From: Macrostomum hystrix
Taxonomy: Eukaryota; Animalia; Platyhelminthes
DNA length: 64,000 nt
Direction: 5' to 3'
Assembly: GCA_950097015.1 (NCBI GenBank)
Contig: CATNEN010000039.1
Span: forward strand, 20,336,001-20,400,000
The notes under the pieces were generated by a model, which was not told the DNA's origin, did not search any database, and saw nothing but the letters and a program-made list of their open reading frames with translations. How positions within the stretch are numbered: the first letter of the stretch is position 1; each line of letters begins with the position of its first letter. Below, piece after piece: positions 11,635-22,411 of this stretch. Position numbers and translations under genes: made by a program.

Positions 11635-13143
11635 ATGGAAGGCATTCATTTTCCAATCAATTGGAGCAATCTGCCTATCGACGAATTAGGCAATGTCGAC
11701 TCGTTCGAACTGAACTTTATTTCCGAGACTTCAAATATCGACCGACGCGACGACGAAATTGCAGCGTTCCTTGAATATATTCAAAGTGATCGTTCTAACG
11801 ATGAACTGCCGTGCCTAGATGGCGAGCAACTTGATGTTAGCGAGATGGATCGAGTAGAAATTGAAAGCCTACCTGCCGAAACGAGGAAGCAGATGTATAT
11901 TCACGGGGAACGCTTCCTTAATCTCCTCGCGAGTGAGAAACTACGAGACGTTTCAGAAGTGCCGACCGAAACCCTCAATCAGTACTTAAGGTACTTCTAC
12001 TTTAAATTGAAGCGGCAGGATGGAAAGTCATATTCGCCTGCTTCTCTAGTCTGCATCAGGGCAGGAATACAGAGGTACCTGCGTGTAATTCGAAAATTGA
12101 AAGTAAACATCATCACCGGTGTAGAGTTCCAGCAAGCGAACGATATGCTTCGAGTGCAGGTAAGAAAGTTTCACCAAGAAGGAGGCGACGTCCAGCAGTA
12201 TGAGCCGATCGAAGAGGGCGACATGTCGAAGCTGGCAGATTACTTTCGAGACGGAAGCGCTGAAGCCGAGCAGGATAGGTTCTTGTTCTATATTCTGTAC
12301 AGTCTCGGTGAGCGAGGACAAGAGCATCTGAAATATCTGAAGAAACGCGACATCCTCGAGCTGCGCACTGATGCAGATGGCAAAGAGTACTATTGTCTAC
12401 CAAAGCTTCCATCGAAGAACAAACCTGCTGATCCTGTGAAGGCCAAGTCCACCAAGGACAACAAACAGGCCAGAATCTACGAGACCGCCAACGTGCGAAG
12501 ATATCTGGATCTGCTGCCTTCACAAACAAAGGACGATCATCTTTTTCCTCGGCCGCTAGCTAGCCACAACGGCAGCGTGACGTATTCGGCGAAGCAAAAT
12601 CGTGGTGACAACTACTTGCAGCGATTTATGCGAAACTTAAGCGAGAAAGTCGGCCTGTCGAAGGTTTATACCAATCATTGCATTCGGTAAGTACGAAAGC
12701 AGTAGTCGATTGTGTATAGTAGCTAAAAATTTCAAGTAGCTAATTGAAAACCTTTAACAATCTTTTTAAATAGTGTCACTCGGATCTGCGACCTGGAAGC
12801 TGCCGGACACAGTCTGAGTGACATCATGTCCATTACTGGCCAAACGTCAGAGAGAACAACCCGTCGCTATCTGGCGAGGCGGCGTGACCGTTCCCTACAG
12901 AAGAATAGTGCATCGGTTTCTTCTGCTCTTCAGTTGCGCTCTGATGAGGATGCTGTCGCCATCCCTGCTTCCGGTTCGGCTGTTGCTGAACAAGACGAGT
13001 CCGTCGCCATCCCTGCTCCTGACTCGGATGCCACTATCTCCATCCAATCGGGCCTGTGCTTTACCGGCTTCAATAGTCACGACAACCCTGTGACTAAGTT
13101 CAGTTTCAATGGATGCACGTTTAATCAGTGCAAGTTTAACTAA
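11635..13143 (+). CDS. Full-length Crypton/DUF3504-type tyrosine recombinase (module 2), ~473 aa, exons 11635-12686 and 12774-13143
   Basis: N-terminal 'LNQYLRYFY...DGKSYSPASL..IRAGIQRYL' domain, catalytic R (GERGQE), K (SKNK) and NHCIR. An 87-nt GTAAGT...TAG intron restores frame to VTRICDLEAAGHSLSDIMSITGQTSERTTRRY. C-terminal FNGCTF motif. Confidence 0.85.
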
Positions 13144-13377
13144 TTTTTACTAAAACTAAAACTTGTTTGTCATTTGTTAAGTTTAAACTATACGCGTTAA
13201 CTTAAAAAAATTATTCTAAAAATTCCAAACAATGACCGGTCATTGTATGAATGTCATTGCCTTGAATTAAATTACCATAGACATTTTGGACAATGCTTTT
13301 AAACGAGCCTCATACTTTTTTCGCCATGAATTGGCTCGTTTCCGGTCCTGAGTTATTAAGTTGTCCTTGGGTGTTGA

Positions 13378-14085
13378 GTGAGAATGATTCCTTTGAAGTT
13401 CTTTAGAGAAAATACATTCTTTAGTGAAGACGAGTGTTGTTTTGCTGCCTATTCTTTTTACGGCGTCGACATGTTGGATTACGAGTCAATACTAGAGATC
13501 GATATTAGCGGTCTAAGCTATGATTTTTTGGCGCGCCTTGGACGTCGCCAATCCAACGATGGTGGAATCCAACGTGGTTACAATACTGACGGCTACTGGT
13601 ATCACAATAATCTCGTACTAGGAAAGAACTGGCTAAACAGCTTTATGAAGACGCTGTGCGAACTTGCTGGTCTTGCTGGCCGGAATCACACAAACCACTG
13701 CATCCGTGCAAGCGTGGTCACAAACCTGATTGAAGACGGCGTCAGTGTACCCCAGATTCAAGCTGTGACTGGCCATAAGCGAGCGGAAAGCGTCGAGCAC
13801 TACAATAAAAGACTAAAGTTTTCCAAGAAAGTGGCGTCTCGAACGATTGGTAGCCGCCTTTCGACAGCACCGTCTACGTCAGACATCTCTGTTCTTCCTG
13901 TAGCGCAGTCTTCTCCTTTGGTCGAAAGCTATACTGTGGTTGGCCCGTCAACAACTGCGTCGCCTGCGATCGCAAACTGCAGTGTTGCAATTGGAGTTCC
14001 TTCCGCCGGAGTACCTAACATTTTCAGCATCTGTAAGTTTGAAAACTGCACGATCAGAATAAACCAAGGGCACGGCAGCAGCTGA
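13378..14085 (+). pseudogene. Crypton/DUF3504-type tyrosine recombinase module 3 (internally deleted)
   Basis: WYHNNLVLGKNWLNSFMKTLC...HTNHCIRASVVTNL...VTGHKRAESVEHY and C-terminal FENCTI are present. The N-terminal domain and first catalytic Arg are missing. Bounded by CCATAGAC (13275) and GTCTATGG (ends 14283). Confidence 0.82.
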
Positions 14086-14252
14086 CCATTGTGCTTTTTA
14101 CTCACTGTGACTAAGCTGACAGTTTTTATTGTTTTTAATTCTATTATTGCGTCTAAAATGGTTTCCAAGCTCGTATCGAGCTTAAATTTTCCATACATTT
14201 GTCATGTTAGCGTTGTAGTTAGCCTACGCGTGTTAAAACGAGGTTGAAACTA

Positions 14253-14318
14253 ACGGCAGCCCGCCCTCTTCTGTTGTCTATGGTCGAATTCCATAGATAT
14301 GCACAGCGGGCGGGCCGT
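14253..14318. other. Imperfect palindrome centred on TCTATGG-tcgaatt-CCATAGA (candidate recombination site)
   Basis: The dyad at 14277-14297 is flanked by pairing arms CGGC..CCCGCCC / GCGGGCGGGCCG. Related dyads occur at 9387-9407 and 9550-9570. Confidence 0.55.
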
Positions 14319-17224
14319 GAAGGCCGTCAAAAAAGTCAAACGACCGTCCGAAGTGGGGTTGTAAAGTATGTCAAACTTGACAATCAGAGTACGCTCTTCA
14401 AACTGCTCTTTTTCGATTGTTCTAAAGCTCGTTTTAAGCTTGCCAACTAACCGCAACACTATAGGTTAACTTCAATCTTTCTCCGGGTTGCTTTGGCTTC
14501 ATCAATATAGACGTTGACTTACATGTACTTTTAGTTGTTACCTCGGGATTAAATCAAGGTCGGTAGGACCTTACAGATGATTTAATATCAGTGCCAGTGC
14601 GATGTAGTGCCAGAAGTATATATGTAACATGGTGTTTTATAAGCTACAACAGAGCTTGCAGGAAGTCCATTGAATATTGGGAGACAAGAAAAAATTATAC
14701 GACAAGACCACCATAGAAACGGAAATTCATACATTTTTTAGAATTCTGAATAAAGTCTCTGTATAATTTAGCTGCGGAAAAAATGTTTTGAACTTGTAAT
14801 GAAATTCAGATAGAATTCAGACTTTGAGCAGGACACTGTCTGGTAAAAATGTGAGTGCAACGATGCACTGAAAGCTGGCTTATCTGTATTACTTCAGTAG
14901 GTTGCAATTAATCTATTGTAATGTGTTGCAAATGAAGTAAAACATGTGGTCGATTCATGTTGGAAGCACGATGCAGCGAAATAAAAACGTTTTGTCCATA
15001 GTTCTCAGGATTTTGAACTTAAAAGGCTCTAAATTTAATAAACAGTTCAATGTCTAGAACGGCGATAGAGTGACGAAAACAATGTTTTGTCTAATCGGAA
15101 ATGTTGTGCGTTGCGCGTTGCAGAAAGATAATTAATCGAAATATATTTGTCTTTGCACTGAGATTCAAGCACTTTAATTGATTAGAATTAATGACCCAGA
15201 CAGTCTTCGGAACGAAATTAGACTCCAAACATTTCAACCAAATTAAAATCAACTAATAAAAGTAAGTTAAGGGATTTTAAGTCGGAAATATGCCGTTCCT
15301 ATGGCGCTTGTTGCTGTTGTGATAAATCTGAACAGCGATTCAAGGGCAGTTTTTTCAGATAAGCGACGGTCCTACACTGTGGGTCTTGCCACTGTCTTCT
15401 TTAACACTTCTACATCTTCTACACTGCCTTCCCTTATTTTCATGTGACACCACGTGTTGCGCTGATCCGTTTAGAAGAACGAGGGCAATGTGCTGGTGCC
15501 GACATTCCAACAGTCTCGCTGCCCCCTCCTTTATGCTGATGATATCCACTTCAATGTCGTGACCCAGCTGTGGCCTGATGGTAGTCTTTCGGGCTTGGCT
15601 CGAAAAGGGAGGTGCTGAATGTGGGCACCGACAGCTCGCCCCGGCACTTGCTTTTTCCGGCGAAGATCCCAGCACAGTTTGTGTGAGTTTCCGGACCCTG
15701 AATGGGCTCCCTGCTAGTCACGAGCCCAGACTCCATCGTGTCCGACAGGGAAAACTCAGGAGCATTATTCACAAATGTCTTTACTCTACCCGCAAGGACA
15801 ACCTTCAAGTGCGTCTCTTAATTTCGCGCAGCCGAGGAAACGACCACCCCAGGTCTATGGCGTGGGAGCAGCCGAAACGCGGGAAAGGGCCCTGGACGCG
15901 CTGTACAGGTCCCTCCAATGCCCTGGGCGTGCACTTATCGGTAAGGATGAGGTCCAAATGCTTACGGGCCACTCCTAGAGAAGCTACAGTCGCACGGCGT
16001 TTAAATACCGCTAGCGCTGACCCAACTAGCACCCGCCGAAGGAGAGTTAGTGCATGCAAGGGACAAGGACAAAATGGTTTCCTAACCGACACGCTGATGG
16101 CTTGCAGGCCATTGGATTCAACCCCCCAGTCGACAGTGGCACTGGCCATCCCGTATTCTAACCCCTCTTGTGTCTCTCTATGTGATCTATATCATTCTAA
16201 GTCGAAAAATGAATTATGTCGATTACAATTGATGGTTATCTACCGCGGGGAAACTTAGGATTGACCAAAACATGAAAATTGACAATCAAAACTTTCAGTC
16301 TTTATCAGAGTATAGTCTACTGTAGCGTACGAGCTACGTTACTTTTAACAATTACTTCTCACCCAGTTAGGGCCAGATGATATACAGCCAATGAGTACGT
16401 GGCACAGGTGCAGCTACTGCATATAAAATTAGTGTAGAGCTCACCGATTTTCTACCAATTTGCTACCATTTGCGCTGCTGGGAAATAAAGAAACGGAATT
16501 ATAAGGTGCTAAAATGCGTATAGCAGGTTTTAGCACGTGCTGAAGTATTTTTAGCACCTATACATTGTCGTCGTTTTATTTACTTTCTGTAGCTACTAGC
16601 GAATTGTTAAATTTTCGAAACTAAGTACTTTACTATATTCGAACTATAAATACTTTACTATATATTTACTATTACTATTGTAAATAACAAAAAAAATCGA
16701 TAAATAAATCTGCTGAAAGATTTTGCCCATAAGCCCTTTAAAAATTAATTACGAAATTAAAAGTCACATGCAAGCAAGTGAATTCAAAATTTTGACTTGA
16801 AAAAATCTATTCATTAAGATTAATTAGGATGATACAGATTAAACCAACTGTTTCATATTTTTCTCAAGATGCATTGAGCCATGCTCTCAAATCAATGTAG
16901 AATATGATCCCATAATTGGAGTGCCAGATTTTTTAGGAATTTTGCAAACAGCGCCTTGCATGCAATTTGCATTTTACATGAGTTGCTTTTGTGCATATAG
17001 TGATTAGGCTGGGAAATTCCTATTTTATATTTGATTGCAGCCAAATTACAAACGCGTTCCAAAATTTTTCTAATTAGATTGTGATTAAAAAATTTAATTT
17101 TCTAATGGATAACACACCTTGCCCCGATTCGGCCAGATATGCAGCCGACAGCCAGCCGCAGCTATCGATCCGAAAGCTGCGTAAGGCTGTTCAGTCCATG
17201 GACTGCAAGGACGCCACACCCACC

Positions 17225-17390
17225 CACAATAACCCCATGCAGCTAGAAGTCTAGTGCCCCTTTAACAGCTGGATGAACTGAAGCAACGCAGAGTTAAGTG
17301 TCTTGCTAAAGGACACACATTTTTGGAGTGGAATCGGGAATCGAACCGCTGACCATTAGGTCGTGAGTTCGACGCTCCAACAACTTGCTG
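17225..17390 (-). mobile_element. tRNA-derived SINE (second family); degraded copy at ~25905-26030
   Basis: The minus strand has a B-box GGTTCGATTCC followed by a GTGTCCTTTAGCAAGACACTTAAC core typical of metazoan SINEs. Confidence 0.6.
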
Positions 17391-17439
17391 GTATAGCTGC
17401 TACAACCCGCCTTGAAAAAAACTACTAGAACTTCTGGAA

Positions 17440-18910
17440 GAAAGTTTGCCAGGGGCTAGCGAAATGGGCGGCTCCCACCGCCTCCTCGTTACATCCGCTC
17501 GGGCCGGTGCACGCTGCAGATAAGTAAGTAAGTAACTGGAAGTTTAGATTATTCCTTCACAAGAAACAGTAAATTTAAATTGTAAAGCACTTTTCGAGAC
17601 TGCTCAGCATTAACGCAGTTCCGCGTAGGCTCGAGCGGTCGCTGTTTGTGACGCCCCACGGGAACAGCGACGCTTAAACCCTGGATGACTTTCTGGAGAG
17701 GCAGGATATGGTGTCGGTCTGCCTGCTTCTGCAATCCACACAGCAGACTCGCGACTTTCATGGCCTGCAAGCGGAGGCAGTGGAATGCGCGCGGCCGGTT
17801 TGCTACGTAGTCTGGCAGAGCTCGACCATGTGCTCACTGCCGCACCGTCTCGCCGCTGGCTCTGCGCTCCGATCGTCGGCTCCTTGACTATTGATGTGCT
17901 GTAGACTGCTGAGCAGCCTCCAGGCAATCTGTGAGTCAGGCTGTTCTAGGTCTGTGGGAGGGCTAGGGTTGGTAGTTAAGTGTTTCCCGTGCACTGTCAC
18001 TTCCGCTCGCCACCCCCCTCCTCTCTCGTTCTCTCGTTCCAGCTCTGTCTGCGCACTGAGTCACATTGCACACCATGGTGCAATCGCTTAAGTTCGGAAG
18101 AAGACTGGCATTACAACGCTCAAATGCTCCTACTATAAGTAGAGCACAGTCCGACGAATCCTTGAGATGGTGTTAGTACCGCGGTAGCACAACTTCTGTA
18201 CGAATATGGCACGTTTCTGTCCTCCAGTCTTCATGCGTTTCACATCGATTGTGTTCTTTTGCAATCTTTGTATCTTGTCTGCTAACATTATTGTGAAGCA
18301 AGGCCGTGTGTTGCATTTAGAAGCATAGCACATCGCCAGGCTTCAGAGCAGGGAACCAAAGTAGCAGGAATTACTGCTAGAGCCTAAATAGCGACCGAGG
18401 AAATTAGGTAATCTAGCCTGACTACCGGGTTGCTCCACTGCTACGAGGCATTCAGTGTTGAGGCCGGTATAAACTCTCTCTATCGAAATCTAGTTCCTGT
18501 CTTGGTTATTTTTACCAATTGTGTGTGCCACGCTACCACAGGTACAACACTATGACCTCGCACGCCATGTGAGAGATAAAATTCAGCCTACTGACAACAG
18601 TAGAAAAGCAAAGGCTTGGCTGCAAAACTCTCACATAACACTAAAAAAAGTATCGCTATAAAATGGCAAGGTTAAAAGAGACTTCTGTGCAGTGGTGGTC
18701 GGTGGGAGAGGTGGGAGAGGACTGCGTGTGGCTATGGCTGACTGAAGAAGCCAAACAAGCCATAAACCGGTCTCGGTCTGTCAGCCCGAGGTTCGTTCCC
18801 CACTTTTAGTGCGTTTACACGCCGGCATGCTGCGCGCCGCGTTTAAGATCAGCGACGAGCGAGTCAGTAACGCGGCACTCTATCGCCGCGCCGGCCTGAC
18901 CCGTCCATGT
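17440..18910 (+). mobile_element. Non-LTR (RTE-like) retrotransposon remnants
   Basis: (TAAG)n tail at ~17521-17535; endonuclease-like peptides LDDFLERQDMV and AELDHVL (~17680-17835); RT C-terminal peptide HAGMLRAAFKISDERVSNAALYRRAGL (~18815-18900). Confidence 0.5.
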
Positions 18911-19251
18911 GAATTGCGTCCAAGAAGTTCTTGGAGATGACGCAATTCTTGGTGGCGATTCTGGAAAACTGGCCAACTTAATTAAGGATGGTGGGCGATA
19001 ACGGACCTTCAGATCGAGAGCCCGTCGTATATAGCTCGTATAGCCAGCCCTAACGTTAAGTTGTTGCTGCTAGCTTTCGCCACCAAGGAATTAGAGGCAT
19101 TGAGGTCACCAAGGAGAACACTATATTTGCGCGAGACCAGGCTCTTGCAGCGTCCTCTCCCTCTTTAAGCTCCTTTATACTACCCAACTTGTACATTTTC
19201 CTCTAAAAGCTACTCCGCGCGGTCCCCCCATACCATAACTTTTGTGCAGGG

Positions 19252-22200
19252 TGTTGTGTGTGAGGCAGCGTGGCCAAATGAAGAACGGAGCACTGGGTTA
19301 GAAGGTTGGAAAAAACGCGAGCCCTCCAAAGGCCTTTGCGCACTAATATATATTTTAGCCAGTCAGAGTAAACAACAACCCCCCGTCACGGCCTAAACCG
19401 GTTCGGATGGACCGACCCCCCCAGCCAATCAAAACGCGCCACGCGCAGTCTAAGGCGGCATGCAAGCCGCATACACAACATCACCCCCTTCGAAAAGGAA
19501 AAGGGGATTAACGCATGGGGGAAAACAACAGTCCATTGGTGCGCAAAGTTCAACAGTTCATTCCAAGCAAACTGCATATCAACTCGGGCTGAACCGATTA
19601 GGTGGTCTCCGAATCCGGCTGCCCCGCCTGGGCTGTGGCAGCGGCGTCTCGTTGCCCGCCGGCAGCCTCACCGGTGGCTCTGGCCATGGTATCGGCGCCA
19701 TCAGTGCGCCGAGTCCAACGTCGGCCGCACCATTGTCCGCCGCTGGTGCACTGGGGACGCTGACCAGGTTATCGGAGTGCCATCGCGAGCCGTCGTCGAG
19801 CAGCCAGGACTCGGGGCCCAGCCGCCGAATCATTTGCCGAACGTCGCCCAGCCGTGTCGCCAGCTTGTGAGCAGTCTGTGGCCGGCGAACGCGCACGGTG
19901 TCGCCAGCCTGCAGTCGTGAATGTCGGGCGCCTCGACGACGATCGGTGGCTAGCCTGGCCTTCTCCTTGTTGGCTTGGACTCGCCGCTCTGTGGCCTCCG
20001 CTGATGTCGCTTTCGATGTCGGCTGGCGGATGCCTTGGCTCCACTGGTTGAGTGGCCCTCGGAGCGGCCGGTTGATCATCAGCTCGGCAGGCGTCAGGCC
20101 CGTGGTCGCATTCGCCGTCCAGCGGAAAACGGAGTCTTTCTTGAGCAGCTCTCGCAGCGGCCTCGCAGTCTTTTCGAAGTCGGGGATAAACTTAGCTAAG
20201 TAGTTGACGGTTGCCAGGAACGAAGAAACAGCTCGTGCTGTTGTCGGTGCCGGGATGCTGAGCACGTCCTCGACATTGGACTTGGACGGTCGAACTCCAT
20301 CGGCAGAGATCCTGCAGCCCAGGAAGATGATCTCCGGGACGCCGATCTGACACTTCTCCCTGTTCAACGTCAAGCCGTTGTCGCTCAGTCGTTGGAGTAC
20401 CGCTAGGAGTCGCTCGTTGTGCTCATCGGAGTTGACGCCGTGAATGACGATGTCGTCCACCGAGTGTCGGACACCCTTGATGTCGGCCAGGATCGTTGAC
20501 AGGATTTTCTGGAAGCATGCGCCGGAACTGGACATGCCGAATGGGACTCTCGAGAACTGGTAGAGACCACAGTGAGTGATGAACGCAGTCAGCTGCCTGC
20601 TGCCTGGGTGCAGCGGGATTTGAAGGTAGCTCTGCTTCAGGTCCAGCTTGGTGAACACCTGGGCGCCCGCGAACTCGGCGGCCAGCTCCTCCTGCGTTGG
20701 CACGGGGAACTTGTCTGGGTTGATGGCCTGGTTGCAGTTTCGCTGGTCGACGCAGAGTCGCAGGTCGCCGTTCTTCTTCTTGGAGACGACCAAGTTTGAC
20801 ACCCTACGAGACGCGTCGATCTTCTCTATGATACCTGCGGCCTCCATCTTGTTCAGTTCGTCCTTCACGTGGTCCTGCAGCGCAAGTGGCACCCGGCGCA
20901 GCGGCTCGACCGTTGGCGTCGCATCCTGGCGCAGCAGCGGCCTGTGGCAGAACTTCTTGGCCATGCCGATGCCGTTTAAGATGCGTGGGAACTCCTCTAC
21001 GATGTCTTCGACGCTGCTGATCGTGTTGACTCGGATCGAGAAACCCAGCTTTTCCATGCCGTCGATACCAAGGATGTTGGCACCTCGTCGAGTGATGAAG
21101 AATCGGCAGACTGCAGACTTGCCATGGTGCGCGACGCGCAGCTCGGCCGTCCCCAGAACCTCGATTGCTGATCCGGTGTAGGAGAACAGCTGCTTGTGGG
21201 TCGGCGTGATGACAAGTTGCTTCGGAAGTCGCTTTACGGTCTTCTCGTTGGTGATGTTGACCCTTGAGCCAGTGTCCAACAAGAGTTTGACATCGATTTC
21301 GGCGATGCTGCAGTTTACAAAGCTTAAAAGAGATGCGTCACCCTGAACTGCAGACACCTCGAATAGCTCATTGTCATCGTCGTCATCCTTGACGGTCCGG
21401 ACCTTACGTCGCTGTCGGCAACATGACTTAAAATGACCGACCCGGTGGCAGTGCAGGCAGGACTTGTCCTTCGCTGGACACTCAAGGGCGCGGGCAGCGT
21501 GCCCAGCCATTCCGCAGTTGCCTCATCGCGCCTCCGAGCTAGATTTCTGCGGCATCGCATGCTTTGGTCCCTTGCGTGGCGGACGCTGGCTGATCTTCTG
21601 GATGCGGGACTCCAACTCCTTGTCGTTCTTGCCGTCGCGCAGGTTCTTGGCGTCGTTGATGGCGGATTCAACTTGAATCGCTAGGGCTGTGGCCGTCTCC
21701 AGATCGAGCACCTTCTCCATGAGCAGTCGCTCTCTGATGCGCGGCGAATGGGTCTTCTCGATGATCTGGTCCCTGATCATCTGGTCTTGAAGAGCGCCGT
21801 ATTCGCAGTCTGCTGCGAGTTCGCGAAGGGCGTCAACGAACCGGCTGATCGGCTCGCCAGGCATCTGGGCGCGTGATTTGAATCTGTAGCGGTTGCTGAT
21901 GGTGCTATGCGACTGGCCGAAGATCGTCTTCAGCTCTTTCACCAGCTTGTCGAAGGTGTCGACGTTAGCCGTTCGCAGAATCCTTAGCGTGTAGATTCGC
22001 TGGCCCTCCTCGCCAAGCAGATGGATGAGAATCGCGCCTTCTTGCGTGCGTCCGATGCTTCGTTAAGGTCCAAGGCCTCCAGGTAGATTTTGAATCCTTC
22101 GATCCAACCATTCCAAGGCGTATGTGGCTGTCCTGGGTGGGCGAGAAACACGCGTGGCTCGGAAATGCGCAGGCTCGTCGCCATGTGTGTGAGGCAGCGT

Positions 22201-22411
22201 GGCCAAATGAAGAACGGAGCACTGCTGGGTTAGAAGGTTGGAAAAAACGCGAGCCCTCCAAAGGCCTGTGCGCACTAATATATATTTTAGCCAGTCAGAG
22301 TAAACAACAACCCCCGTCACGGCCTAAACCGGTTCGGATGGACCGACCCCCCCAGCCAATCAAAACGCGCCACGCGCAGTCTAAGGCGGCATGCAAGCCG
22401 CATACACAACA
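19252..22411 (-). mobile_element. Gypsy/Ty3 LTR retrotransposon, internally deleted (non-autonomous)
   Basis: LTRs at 19252-19480 and 22184-22411 are near-identical with TG...CA ends. 5-bp TSD CAGGG, PBS TGGCGACGAG, and polypurine tract next to the 3' LTR. Gag is frameshifted with a CCHC knuckle; protease LLDTGS; RT with HSVDD. RNase H and most of integrase are deleted. Confidence 0.95.

Noticed and set aside
9714-14085. Phage/bacterial integrase cluster (prophage, true integron or contamination)
   Set aside because: It has a spliceosomal intron and DUF3504/Crypton-type motifs, is continuous with animal genes, and shows no IntI-specific features or bacterial genes.
15355-16258. ORFs of 106-226 aa; hints of a LINE 5' end (IEVDIISIKE) and a piggyBac-like Cys tail (RQCRRC)
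   Set aside because: Motifs are too short and degraded to call. Probably transposon debris.
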